DNA from: Octopus vulgaris
Taxonomy: Eukaryota
Length of the DNA: 64,000 nucleotides
Direction of reading: 5' to 3'
NCBI GenBank assembly: GCA_951406725.2
Contig: OX597822.1
Span: 15,996,001-16,060,000, forward strand
Shown piece after piece: positions 22,930 through 36,653 of this stretch (position 1 is the stretch's first letter; the number at the start of each line of letters is the position of its first letter). The notes under the pieces were generated by a model. It was not told the DNA's origin. It did no database searches and saw nothing but the letters and a program-made list of their open reading frames with translations. Position numbers and translations under genes: made by a program.

Positions 22930-24000
22930 CAGACTAGAATCGACCCATGAAAGATTGATGAAGGGTAAAGAAATATATACACTTGAGACCGCAAAGCTAG
23001 AAACCTCCAACAGCATAAATTTTCCTCACATCTAATATGTACGACCTGTTGGCTAGAACGGTAGAAAGAGTGTCAAAGTATAAGTCTTTAAAGAGCAGCT
23101 ACTGGTGAACCCAAAATTGAAGGCATTAACAGAAGGAAAAATACTTTAGCATAAATAGGACTGATTACCGAAAAGCTTACGATGGTATACTGCAAACTGA
23201 TAGTTCAAGAGATTTAATGCTAGAAGGATACATTAACCATGCTAAGTCAACATAGCAAATATATTCTGTATCGTTAAAGGCAAAAAGGAAGTGAAATATT
23301 GAAGAGAGTCTACGCATTCCCTAAGATATTCTGTCAAAATTTGTTCCTCATTGCGAGATCTGTTAAATTATTAGATGTGCTACAATCAAATTCGTGAGTA
23401 TTTTCCCTAAAATACTTAAAGAAACCATACAGAGTCACAAAGCCTACTAAACATTTATTCATATTTCCTATCAAGACAAAGATAAGCACAGAAGTAGTCA
23501 CATGTGCCAAAGCTGGTATAGAAAGATGCAAATTAACTCAAGTCGAGAACATTAAATTAGACAGAGATAGCGAAATGAAGGAAGTAGAGCAGAACTGCAC
23601 ATATAAACATTTAAGTATCGATAAAACTGATACGGTACAAAATAGAGAAACGAAGGAGAAAATTAGAATAGAAAAGATTACAATGGAATAGAAAGATATT
23701 GAGATCTGAACTTGCTGCGAATTATATAGAAGATAATAGATATATATTCGAGACATCACTGTTCTAATCTATATCTTCCAATTGATAAACAGGAACTTAA
23801 GTGAATTGAAGTGCTTTGAAAGAAACATCAGGAAAACTACTAACAGCTTTCTGAAGCCTCCCCCCCCCCACCAGCCCCGGAATGTGATATGGATAGAATA
23901 TACCTAATTTACACACAAGGAAGATACGGTGTGATACATAAAACAGCAGCACAATGTAACAGCGAGACTAGAAAGATAGTTAGAAGCGAGCAAAGAGAAA
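22930..24000 (+). mobile_element. Highly degraded R4/Dong-type LINE reverse-transcriptase fragment
   Basis: Manual translation from ~23503: CAKAGIERCKLTQVENIKLDRDSEMKEVEQNCTYKHLSIDKTDTVQNRETKEKIRIE, matching the CAK...YKYLG...KEKI pattern of RLE-LINE RTs. Boundaries are approximate. Confidence 0.6.
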
Positions 24001-24227
24001 TAATTTATTGTAATAAAACATGAAAGCATCAAAAATCTCTTTGTTAAAGGCGTGAAAGTGTGGTGAGAGAAGTTAGGATTGTCTCGTTGTTTGTGTAAGA
24101 AATAAATTCCACAATATCGGTTCGTACCATCCAAGACAGACTTAAATAACTACGCAGAAATCCTTAAGTAAATATGTGTTGTCTTTTACCTCAGCATGTT
24201 CTTTGATTTCATATCTTGTTAATTCAG

Positions 24228-24437
24228 AAGGCGGCGAGCTAAATGCTTAGCGATATTTCGTCTGCCGTTGCGTTCTGAGTTCAAATTCCGCTGAGGTCGA
24301 CTTTGCCTTTCATCCTTTCGGGGTCGATTAAAAAAGTACCTGTTACGCACTGGGGTCGATCTAAACGACTTATTCTCTTTGTCTGTCCCTGTTTGTCTTC
24401 TCTATGTTTAGCCCCTTGTAGGCAATAAAGAAATAAA
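24228..24437 (+). mobile_element. tRNA-derived SINE (family C) with GAGGTCGACTTTGCCTTTCATCCTTTCGGGGTCGAT central domain (Meta-domain-like)
   Basis: GGCGGCGAGCT...GAGTTCAAATTCC B box, conserved core and tail AATAAAGAAATA. Many copies in the window. Confidence 0.85.
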
Positions 24438-24674
24438 TATCTTGTTAATTCAAAGCTTTCATATAAACTAGTTTTTGCAAGGCATTCTCGAACGCGTCTA
24501 CAGGAATGGTCAAAAGCCGGCTATCAGACTTGTCATTGACCCAATACCAGAACCATTTGCTAGGCAAAATCAGTTGCAGCTGTTATAACTTTCTCACATG
24601 CGAGCTAATGCCTGGCAGTCCATTAGAAGACTGTTATTGGCCGTGAATGGTATTTGTAATAATAATCATGTAAA

Positions 24675-24931
24675 GGGGAACGACCCCCTTCGGTCATTTA
24701 TGATCATAGGTTTGCGCCTAGAAAGTTCTCCTCCGAAGCACAAGTTATGGCAAGGTTGTTTATAAAGAGCAGCAGAGGCTCATGCATACCAGCCCTCTCC
24801 ACGCCACCGATGTTATCCAAGGGAAAAGCAAAGACCGATACAGCTTGGCACCTGTGACGTTGCAACTCATTTCAACAGCTGAGTGAACTGGAGCGACGTG
24901 AAATAAAGTGTCTTGCTCAACAACACAACAC
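24675..24931 (-). mobile_element. 5'-truncated SINE with CORE-like middle
   Basis: Minus strand GTGTTGTTGAGCAAGACACTTTATTTCACGTCGCTCCAGTTCACTCAGCTG is similar to the middles of 13780-13830 and 51275-51335. Confidence 0.6.
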
Positions 24932-25280
24932 AAGAAGAAGACGAAGAAGAAGAAGAAGAAGGAGGAGGAGGAGGAGGAAGGGGAGGAGGAGAAGGAGGTG
25001 GAAGAGGAGGTGAAGAAGAAGAAGAAGTAGAAGAAAATGAAGAAGGAGGCGGGAGAGAAGAAGAAGAATGAGAAGAAGAAGAAGAAGAAGAAGGAGGAGG
25101 AGGAGAAGAAGAAGAAGAAGAGGAAGAAGGAGAAGGAGGAGGAGAAGGAGGAGGAGAAGGAGGAGAAGGAGGTGGAAGAGGAGGTGAAGAAGAAGAAGAA
25201 GAAGAAGAAGAAGAAGGAGAAGAAGAAGAAGAAGAAGAAGAAGAAGAAGAAGAAGAAGAAGAAGAAGAAGAAGAAGAAGA
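24932..25280. repeat. (GAA)n/(GGA)n polypurine microsatellite, ~350 bp
   Basis: Directly visible, almost pure purine strand. Confidence 0.95.
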
Positions 25281-25470
25281 CTTGTCCTTTCCTTTCATAT
25301 CCGAAAAGCGCTTGAATTATTGATAGTAAGGACTAAGCGAAATCATCGACCTTAGTCCTCAACTGGTTTTGTGTTTTAGCGACATATTGCAAAGCATTCT
25401 GCATCCATTCTAGCAATTTGCCACTGCACCACCCGTATATAGCAAAAGCAACAAAAACAACAACAACAAC

Positions 25471-25503
<33 letters not shown>

Positions 25504-25529
25504 TAATAATAATAATAATGATAATAATA

Positions 25530-25650
25530 TCTTCATATTTTGCCACGAAGGTGACAATTTTCGGCGAGGTGATGAGACAATTACATCGATCCTAGGATTC
25601 AACTGGTACTTATTTTATCGACTCTGCTACGAGTGGCAACGTCGGCCACA
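25530..25650 (-). mobile_element. Degraded SINE family C fragment
   Basis: Reverse complement contains GTCGATAAAATAAGTACCAGTTGAA...GATCGATGTAATTG. Confidence 0.6.
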
Positions 25651-26360
<710 letters not shown>

Positions 26361-26479
26361 CAATAATGATAATAATAATAATAATAATAATAATGTTTTC
26401 GTTATTGGCAACATGGCCTACTTAGAACATACAAGAACGCAAATAGAAAGGTACAAACGGTCACAAAGGGAGGGGTTTA

Positions 26480-26802
26480 CGGAGTAAACATATAAAACAA
26501 TAACAAAGATTAACAATAAAATTAAGCAAATACAATTACCAAATAGGTGTGGGGGAAGGTTAAACCACGCAGACCCCACAGACAATTACGGTTACCCTGA
26601 ACACATAGGCAAGTGTTTTCTCTCCCTTTTACTCCACTTAGAATCGCATGCTCAGAGCAGCTCCGTTCACAAGAACAATGCTCGCCTCTCCCGTCCACCT
26701 TTCCATAAATTTGCTTGAGCGGAGCACCTCCCTCTCCACTTTTATCCACCTCTTCAAGAGGAGCCTGAAAAGGTTGATCAGAAATTCGCCAGAGAGAAAA
26801 GT
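26480..26802 (-). mobile_element. 3' end remnant of a Tx1/L1-type LINE
   Basis: Minus-strand translation ...RLLLKRWIK/VEREVLRSSKFMERW resembles Tx1 ORF2 C-termini and is followed by a T-rich 3' UTR. Confidence 0.5.
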
Positions 26803-26811
26803 AATGATGAC

Positions 26812-26914
<103 letters not shown>

Positions 26915-27082
26915 GTATCTATAGTTATAACATAAAGTAAAGTAAATTATTATATAAAAGAAAAGGTAGTGCCTTGATTATTTTTGAAGTTAAAAGCTAG
27001 TTCACTTGTGAAACCCATAATATGAATGCTTTTCTTGCTATGTGGACAAATGTCTATTAATATCCGTTATTGATTTACTGTT

Positions 27083-27131
<49 letters not shown>

Positions 27132-28339
27132 TAATTCAAGGAAAGAAACACAGACTGTTTATGGATCCACGCAGAAGAAATCAAAATATTAAATAAAAAC
27201 AGAAAACCTACGTCGTTCTATTGATTCCACAAAGAACTTTTATAATTATTGATTCGCAACTACAAAAGAATCGTGTTTAATATCGATCTGTTGTAATATT
27301 TCAGACAATCGATTCAATCAATAGACGAGTATCCCTTGTCAGATTCGAAGAAATCAAAGCAAGAACTGTGCCAGAATTTTCCCCAGTAGGTGTTTATCCC
27401 ATGACATCCGATTTGAAGTTAATGACATCTAATTTGATTACAGAGCCACTTCGTGGCCTCATATTTTAGGTTTATTTGTTTTTGTCCATCTTAACGGTGT
27501 TTTCATATTTGTGTATGCGTTTAAGTATTTGCTGCTTTAATTAATAACCGATACCATAATTATTCTGTGTTCTCTTAGCAAAGCAATATCATCCCTTTGC
27601 CAGCGATGGAAGCGAAATATTGAAAGTGGATATCAAGAATGTTCAGTGAGTAAAAAGCCCAAAGTAAGACAGCGTTTGGCAAAATATATAGGTCGATCAA
27701 TACAACCATAGCATTGTGAAATATATGGAAACGCATTCAAGAAAGAAAGATAAGGGAGGTATATCCATAATCAAGTTGTTGGAGAATTAAAATCATGTCA
27801 AGAACACATTGATCAATATGGTTTACATACAATTTCAAAAATAGATCATATCTCATTAATACATCAAGCAATTGACGGCGTCCAGCGCCCCGGGAGAAAA
27901 TTATCATTTATATATTCATAATTGATATTTAAAATGAAAATGAATGTATGATAATTTCATTTGAATAGCAAGAAAGGAAAAGTTTAATGTCCTTAAATTA
28001 ATGAAACATATGCTAATCTAGAAAAACTAAAACATTGTTTTGCATTAATTCTTAAATATTGAGATAACTTATAAAGCATATAAGATATCACCACTAATAT
28101 TGGTTTTCCTATAATGGAATTGTTTACCGTTATATAGAAGACATTCGAATATCTATGGCTAGACTAAAGCAATATATATCTTACAGAGAAAATCATTGTC
28201 TTATGGTTTTGATTTGTCTCTCAATGTGCAGAAGATATGTAGTTTCGGGGGACAGCCTGGATTTCTTAATGAACGAAGTCCTTAACTGATCCCATCATTA
28301 GAGAGATACATGACCTAGAAAAAGTGTGTCACTTAATAT

Positions 28340-28507
28340 ATGAAAGGCAAAGTCGAATTCCGCCGAGGTCGACTTTGCCTTTCATCCTTTCGGGGTCGAT
28401 AAATTAAGTACCAGTTACGCACTGAGGTCGATGTAATCGACTTAATCCGTTTGTCTGCCCTTGTTTGTCCCCTCTATGTTTAGCCCTTGTGGGTAATAAA
28501 GAAACAA
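28340..28507 (+). mobile_element. 5'-truncated SINE family C copy with a 17-bp 5' inverted duplication
   Basis: Core and tail match 37662-37812. ATGAAAGGCAAAGTCGA (28340-28356) is the reverse complement of 28369-28385. Confidence 0.85.
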
Positions 28508-28859
28508 ATATATCTGGACGTAGCTGGTTTATTTACAAAATAGATTCGAATTATGACGAAGACCCATTCATCATCCAGAACTTTCAGAAAGGGATTATGA
28601 ACTAGCAAGCACAATGCTGGCTGAGGTGAAGTTTTTCAACCGAAGAATAGTGGTATTGACCAAGTTTATAGAGGCGAGCACTTTAAACTGAAAACTAGTG
28701 AAAAATATTGAATTCATCCATGAAACGCTTCAGCTAAATGTATAAATTCACTTGGAAAGACATCATATTCACCCTAACATTCGAGAAAGCCTAACTACTT
28801 AGCAAGAAATAGATATCCAGACAACTAAATTTCCGTTGGTTTTGACATTTTTTTCTTTA

Positions 28860-29206
28860 GTTTCAGCTCAGAGCTGTGGCCATGCTGATGCACCATCGTT
28901 TTGCTGCACTGTTATTGCTAAGAGCCTCCTCTAATGTGTGGCACATGGCGAAGCATGGAGTTTCATATAGCTACCCTCATTTGCACCTCTTGCCGTGAGG
29001 TAGGTTCATCTGGGACACTCGACAGGAAGAGGTCCAGCTTTGATTTTAAAATCCCTACATCTACTTTGTGCAAGTTCCTCAGACTCTTTGGGAGAATATC
29101 AAAAAGCTGTGTGCCCTTAAAACCCAGGCTGTTGCAATAACTTGTCCTGAAGCGTGATGGCATTGCTGGGATCTTTAGCACTATGCAGTGTCGTCCCGTT
29201 CTGGCA
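28860..29206 (-). mobile_element. 3' fragment of a CR1/L2-group LINE, same family as 56545-58120
   Basis: ARTGRHCIVLKIPAMPSRFRTSYCNSLGFKGTQLFDILPKSLRNLHKVDV..KSKLD.FLS.VPDEPT closely matches 57498-58061; the 3' UTR is shared. Confidence 0.92.
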
Positions 29207-29569
29207 TAGAGCAAACTGTCACATATCCAACGCACACGTTTCTAATGATACGAGAAATTAGAATAGACCCGATCCAGCAACAAGGATGTGGGGAAAATAA
29301 ACACTAGGAAACATAACAGATATTTGGAGCAGGACTTCATTAACAGAGAACAGAAACGAGTAGAAGATATCACTTAATTTTCGATTAATTAAATTAATCT
29401 CTGATTAATTAGATTAATTTATGATACTGTGCCATATAAGCAGTCATCGTCGGAAAGCCTTGTCCTGTCTATGGTATGATGAAATTCATTATAATTAAAT
29501 CTATCACGAATTATACGTTATGCTACGAATGTTCTAAAACAGGATTCTGATATCATTCATATAATATAC

Positions 29570-29638
<69 letters not shown>

Positions 29639-29743
29639 ATATAAGATATATGTATGTATATATATAATATTAATTAAAGACAAAACCACTATTTTGCAAA
29701 TCAATTGTATGTATATATATACATACAATATATAAGATATATG

Positions 29744-29774
<31 letters not shown>

Positions 29775-29781
<7 letters not shown>

Positions 29782-29860
29782 GTATATACACATATACACA
29801 TAGACAAACACACACACACACACACTTATATAGACATATATATATATATGTATGTATATA

Positions 29861-29920
<60 letters not shown>

Positions 29921-29992
29921 CATATATATATATATGTCTATATAAGTGTGTGTGTGTGTTTGTCTATGTGTATATGTGTATATACGTATATA
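29775..29992. repeat. Fold-back palindrome centred on (TA)n
   Basis: CGTATATACACATATACACATAGACAAAC..CACTTATATAGACAT (29781-29836) mirrors 29934-29986. Confidence 0.85.
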
Positions 29993-30797
29993 CATACATA
30001 TATATATATATATATGAATCTATATACGTATATATATGTATGTATGTATGTATACACACACACTACTGTATACATTTTGCAGACGTGCTCTGTGTGAATG
30101 TGTGGATACTTGTTGACCTATAAGGAAGCATAAATTGTTCGTAGCAAACAACGAATGTATTTGATAGAAATAGAAGCAATCCATTCAATACAGAAACAGT
30201 TGTTTGATGTGTTTCAGAAGCAACACAGTAGGTAATTCTATTGAATACTATTAATAACAGTCATGTTTTTATAGATACCAATAATGCTTTTAGTAGTTCT
30301 GAGATTTACACCAAAATTACCTTAATATATTCTAGTTTATATGCACTCAAGAATATTTGGTTCAATGTTATTTTATTACACCTACACGAATGGAATTTCT
30401 CGTCCTAGCTGTGATGTGCACAAAGGCCATTAGAAAATGTCTCATGAGTATTTCGTTCATAAACGTATTTTGCCGCCTTAATGTGTTGACTTTAAATCAT
30501 CTTATCCAACAATTCAGGCTGCAAGGTGTGTCACATCTTATAATACTTTGAAAACTACCATGCGGTGCAGTATGTGTTTTCACAAAGCATAATTTCCCAT
30601 ACATATATTTTATGTGTATAAGTACGCGCACGTGTTAATAGGTATTTTTGTTTGCGTATATATGTATACATATAAATATGTGTGTGTGTGAATATATGAA
30701 TATGTATATGAATATTTATATATATATTTATATATATTTATATATATATATATACATAGACATATATACACACATATATGCATACTCTCACACACAC

Positions 30798-30833
<36 letters not shown>

Positions 30834-31794
30834 GTCCCTGCTCAGGTAATATCAAGAAAAATGTACTTCATGACGAGATAAATGTTATTTAATGTACACA
30901 GCATACAGTCACGAGCAGCTAATAGTTTCATGCTCTGGAGATGTAGTCTAGGCAAGTTTAGTTTTAATAACATGCTTGTGTGTACAAGTAATCTCAATGT
31001 TCTCGTTGAAACGAGAGAAGACACGTGAACAAACATGATTTCCCTTGTTCTAGTGTCCTCGTTTGTAAATTGTATAGTAATACACACACACACACGTACA
31101 CACCCACACACAAGCACACACATACACACACACACATACACACATATCTATAGGGAGAGAGAGAGAATGAAAATAATTTTAATACTAAAAGATGGAATGA
31201 TTCAATTCAATATAGCTGTTCCTGTGATTTAGCATCAGCTGTTAATTGCAGAGTGTTTCGCATATTATACGCAATTTTACATGAATATGAACCGTCACTA
31301 GCAACAGAACTGCTCGTCTTCAGGTGAGTAGCTTCGAAAGCAATGCGTACATCCATATACACGACTGAATGTATGTGTGTGTATGTATGTATGTATGTAT
31401 GTATGTATGTATGTATGTATGTATTATGTAAGTGTATATGCATGTATGTTTGCATGTATGCTTGTCTATATTTATGCATTCATGTATGCAAATATGTATA
31501 TATGTATGTATGCATATGTGTATGTATGAGTGTATGTATATATTTGTACGTGTATGTGCTTGTATTTATGAGGGCGTGCTTGTGTGTGTGCGATTTGCAT
31601 GTGTTTAGGTATATCTTCGGGTATATGGTTTTGGACATAAAGGCATAGTTTACTCCAGGCACTGGCCCAGAATATCGTGTACGTAAACAACAACTGCCTC
31701 ACGTGAAATTACCTTTGAATGATAAGACGTTGTCTCAGGAATAACGAACAGGCTGACGGTTTGTTGCCGCTGCAACTCTACTAATTGTCTTTCG

Positions 31795-31967
31795 TTGTTG
31801 TTGTTGTTGTTGTTGTTGTTATTGTTGTTGTTGTTATTGTTGATGATGATGATGATGATGAGGATAATTGATGATAATTGATGATAATGATGATGATGAT
31901 GATGATGATTGATGATGATGATGATGATGATGGTAATGATAATGAAGATGAGGATGATTGATGATAA

Positions 31968-32011
<44 letters not shown>

Positions 32012-32069
32012 GAAGATGAGGATGATTGATGATGATGATGAGCAGGATCATTGATGATAATTGATGATA

Positions 32070-32101
<32 letters not shown>

Positions 32102-32159
32102 GAAGATGAGGATGATTGATGATGATGATGAGCAGGATCATTGATGATAATTGATGATA

Positions 32160-32191
<32 letters not shown>

Positions 32192-32206
32192 GATGATGAT
32201 GATGAC

Positions 32207-32249
<43 letters not shown>
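31795..32249. repeat. (GTT)n then compound (GAT)n microsatellite with a 90-bp higher-order repeat
   Basis: TGAAGATGAGGATGATTGAT...GAGCAGGATCATTGATGATAATTG repeats at 32011 and 32101. Confidence 0.9.
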
Positions 32250-32251
<2 letters not shown>

Positions 32252-33363
32252 TTCCTCGTAAGCATTGTTCAATTAAACGATCACAATTTTTTTCAAGTCT
32301 TGATATGCAATCCTCAGCGGCGCTCGTTTCTCCTCTGTCCGAATATTCCAGTAAGTAAAAATTAACCTTAATTCCAACGGATGATATACACGTGTACTGT
32401 GAGAAAATTAATACGAAAGACTGACTAAAATGTGTTAATGTTTGCATTTCCCTGTCCGTCTCTTTAAATTCCCTCCAGTGTATACTTCTCAACGTTTACA
32501 TTTTGTGTTAGTTTGATTTACCTACCCAAATATTCGTGCAAAACCTATATTAAAAAAGCCAGTATTTGTTAATATTTATTTAGAGGAGATTTATAATATT
32601 CGAGAAAGACACAGAGCTACACTGATAACGTGTATAGTTATCGACATTTCCTGATCTTTGATCCAAATTAAATATACGTAGTCGACATATCGAGAGAGAT
32701 TTGCGAAGAAAATTAACGATTACTAAATAAAATTGACATAAAATAAGGTATGAAAGCAACAAGTTTCATATGAAATAGATAGAATCATAGGTGAACATAT
32801 CTAATGAAAACTGTTAATATGGAAATTCCTGCAGGCAGTATTAGATTTTATCATGTTCGTTAATTGGAACAAGAAGGAATATGTAATATCTGAGCCATCG
32901 GCAAAAATAATTTCGTTTTCATTGATTAATTTTGCTCGTATATTCAAACACGCACATGAAAATGTGAATCGATTATTTTCCATTAAAAATTGTATAATGC
33001 GTGAATAAATATATTCGGTGTGTGGAACCAGGAAAATAAGGCGAAAAACACCAACAGTTATGTAGAAAACCGATAATATCATATGTGTTGCTGAAGTCTT
33101 ACATATTGAATACATATTTAGCTACAAGTTTTCCAGTTTATTTAATGCACTCTAAATTGCAAAATGGCCACATTTCACGAACACACAAGCACACTCATAA
33201 ACACTAACACATACACAAAGATTCACATACCCCCTACACATATATGTGTAGGGGGTATATATATATACATTCATATATGTATTACATACGCACTTATATA
33301 CATATACACATATGCATATATATATATTTACATATATATAGATATAAGTATATATTTTGCGTG

Positions 33364-33435
<72 letters not shown>

Positions 33436-33436
<1 letters not shown>

Positions 33437-34676
33437 CAAAAAGATCAACAAGGATATCCAGAAGTAAGGCAGTACGATCGTTTCATGCAACTCCATTTAA
33501 TTGAACAATGCAACAATTTCATCCATCTAAAATGTAGAGCAATCTTCAGCTGCACAAAGACATATAATTTAATTTAAATTAAAACAGATGGACACATTAG
33601 CAAAATCTCCAAGAAGTTAAGGAGCTAGATGATGAACATGTTGTCCCTACTTCAGCAGAGAAGTTACTAAAATTTATCAAGGAGACTCTGCTTCCGAATG
33701 ATTTTTTGTCTTTATAGGGTCAGTTTTAATTTATATACTAGTTTATCAAATCCCTTGTATATCAAAAGCTAAGAGAAGAGAGGGCAGTATCTGTTATGGG
33801 TAGGGCTGAGTGCAGTAAACAAACATTATAGTTGGTATAGTCATAAAAAAATCAAGATCTATTGTGAGTAATAATCATGAGGTTTAATAAGGGAAAACTT
33901 AAAACAAGATGTTAGCTGATAATTAAGGGGGCGCTCACTAGCAGACTATTGATAATGAAACAGGGGAAGTCTTATCATATGGTACTATAGTTAAATATAT
34001 TAAACAAAGTTGCTATGTATACAGTTAAAGTTTAGGGTAATCAAGGAAATTATGAAGAAGAATATTATAGGAAAAGGATGGAAATTTATGAATACTTTTG
34101 AGTATATACCAAACCTTTTACCACAATAGAGGGAGGAAAAGAAGTCATCCAGAAATAGTTTAATTTATAGATATTGTATACTTAAATACCAGCTCATCAG
34201 AAGGTATCTGTGAATATTGATTAATTGTTATATACTGGTATTAATAAAGGAATTTTGGGTAAATGGAACATGTCAATTATATATTAATAAACATTTTATC
34301 TAAGCAGTATTTTTTCAGTAGAGAATCTACCAGTATAGTTTTATAAAAGCTAAATATGAATTTATAGAGAAGCAAAAATTAGATTAATTTTCTAATAAAG
34401 AAATAAAATAATCAAGTAGAGCAAAACACCATGGAAAAGAAAATAAAATGGCTTAATTACTACTATTACTAATGTAGAGCTGAAGATTGCCCTACGTTTT
34501 AAATGGATGTAATGATTGCATTGTTCAATTAAATAGAGTTGCATGAAACGATTGTACTGCACTGCTTCTGGATATCCTTGTTGCCTATTTTGATTTTAAT
34601 CACCTTACTTTGAAATTGTATGGATAATACTGTGCTAAATTTTGGTGCCTCAACTTAAGTACCATATTCATCTGAA
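33436..34676. mobile_element. 1.24-kb element with ~130-170-bp inverted terminal arms, each carrying a long-stem-II hammerhead-like motif; inserted in (TA)n
   Basis: Left arm 33436-33600 and right arm 34465-34597 are reverse complements. AT-rich interior with no ORF of 60 aa or more. Tail shared with 13560-13650 and 40740-40820. Confidence 0.8.
33469..33554 (-). ncRNA. Type I hammerhead-like motif with extended stem II
   Basis: Minus strand GCAG-CTGAAGA-ttgctctacattt...aaatggagttgcat-GAAAC GATC GTA-CTGC: intact CUGANGA and GAAA cores, GUA site, stem I GCAG/CTGC. Confidence 0.65.
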
Positions 34677-34699
34677 TATATATATATATATATATATAT

Positions 34700-35560
34700 A
34701 TAGCAGAAATATGTTACAAAAAGAAAATATAAAATACACGTGGAAATGTAAGGGGAAAATAAGAAAAATCAACGAAAATGCACATTGTAAATAAAAAAAG
34801 AAAAGGCTTTTTATGACAGGTAACGACAAATATATACATTTAGATGGACTGAGGAAGTAATAAAAGTCATAGAAGTCATTATTATGAGATGATTAAAAAG
34901 TCAGAAAGCAAAACATACGATTGTTTCGTCAAATCTATTCATTACTTTGAATAAACACCGGCTAATAAACGGTGTCGGGTCTAATAGTTTCTGAGAGAAA
35001 AGATTATTTGTAAGGGAGGTAAGTAGTTCTGGATTTAGATATAGAATTGTAATGTGAATTGTGTAGGGAGTGTATAGGGGTTAGTGGTTTTAATTGAAGG
35101 GTTAGTGGTGTTCTGTATTAAGTTGTGTTCATATTTAGTTGGGGGAGATATTTATTGATGAAAAATGCCTCTTTATTCAACCTTTATTGCATTGTGGTGT
35201 TCTGTGAACATTGATAGAAAGGGAAGATTTGGAAATTAGGCTTAAGATTCCTGGCACACCTTTCTATGTGTTCACTAACCTGTAACTGTCTGTATTGTGG
35301 GTGGCGGATTTGCTCTTTGTGAATGGTGGTTCTTGGACGGAGTGAAATTCCTGTTTGTCCAATATAACGATTACCACATCCTAAGCATGTCATGGCATAG
35401 ATTAGATTTTCCGAGGTGCAGGTGAAATTTGATTTGATCTTAAATATTTCTCCTTGTTTGAAGTGAAATTCTGAACCCTCCAAAAGGTGGGGGCATGTTC
35501 CACAGTTAGGACGACCACATTTTGTCACTTTTAGCTCTGTTGTTAGTGGATATATATTGA
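34700..35560 (-). mobile_element. Penelope-like element 3' remnant with GIY-YIG endonuclease
   Basis: ORF 35184-35612: KCGRPNCGTC...SNFTCTSENLIYAMTCLGCGNRYIGQTG.SLR.R...H, the Cys-rich linker plus GIY-YIG typical of Neptune-type PLEs. Confidence 0.85.
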
Positions 35561-36299
35561 AAGAGAGAGACATATACACAGAGATCATTCGGCAGATACA
35601 CGAGTGCTTCAAAATTCCTGAGCTGTATGAAAACTACAAATATATTTGAACTCGCTAGAGGTATTTGAAAAATATATTTACTTGAGCATATGTCACTGAT
35701 ATGGAAAGTCATATACCTATATCATTTAGATCTATTAGAAAATAAGAAGCGACTAAATTAGAATTTATTTTTGGAACGTATGTTGGTGGAAGAACATATT
35801 TCGAACAATTTGTTGTTCACAGAGTGAAATGAAATACTGTCAGAGAATGCAATAATTAAATTACTTTCCTAAAATATTTCTCTGAGATCTGTATGCATGT
35901 AGAGAGTATAAGAAGTATGCGTTGCATACAGAGTTACACGTTTTTGATGTTAGTTATACTGGATATCGAAATGACGAAGATTTTAAATATCGATAAAAGA
36001 AGTCTGACATAGCTTGCATGTGCCAAATGGCGCAATAGTTTACAATAAAAAATGTTTTTTTCTCTTATATTAAAGTGATAATATCTTTCGACATTTGTGT
36101 TATGTTTCACAAATCCGATGGAGCGTCGAACAAAATTGTTATATTTAGATACATTACTTTAAGGTCTGTATTCCATTTCTATCGTATTGTAAATTCCTTT
36201 TTTTCAATCAAGCTTCGATGAATTATAAATGACAGGTTTTCTTGCCTATCCTCTTCCGAACAAGTCTTCCAGACGTATATGGCATGTAGAAGAAACTGA

Positions 36300-36510
36300 T
36301 AGAGCAGCAGAGTTAGTAGAATAATTAGAGGAAAACACATCCTTGTAGTGTCTGTTCAGGTTCTTTATTTTTGTGTTCAAATCCTGACAAAATCAACCTT
36401 GCCTTTCATCCTTCAAGGTTCGCTCAACTAAATACCAGTCTACAACTGAGGTTGATAAAATCGTCTACCCACTCCCCAAATTTCAGGCCTTGTGCCTATA
36501 GTACAGAAAA
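36300..36510 (+). mobile_element. Degraded SINE family C copy
   Basis: GTGTTCAAATCC...CAACCTTGCCTTTCATCCTTC...AAATACCAG...CCCCAAATTTCAGGCCTTGTGCCTATAGTA. Confidence 0.65.
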
Positions 36511-36515
36511 CTTGT

Positions 36516-36581
36516 TGTTATCATTATTATTATTATCATCATAATTATTATTATCATTATTATTACTATCATTATTATTAA

Positions 36582-36651
<70 letters not shown>
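36516..36651. repeat. (TTA)n microsatellite
   Basis: Directly visible. Confidence 0.95.

Positions 36652-36653
<2 letters not shown>

Noticed and set aside
31650-32492. 280-aa His-rich ORF on the minus strand
   Set aside because: The open frame is explained by (CAT)n and (CAA)n repeats; no domain is recognisable.
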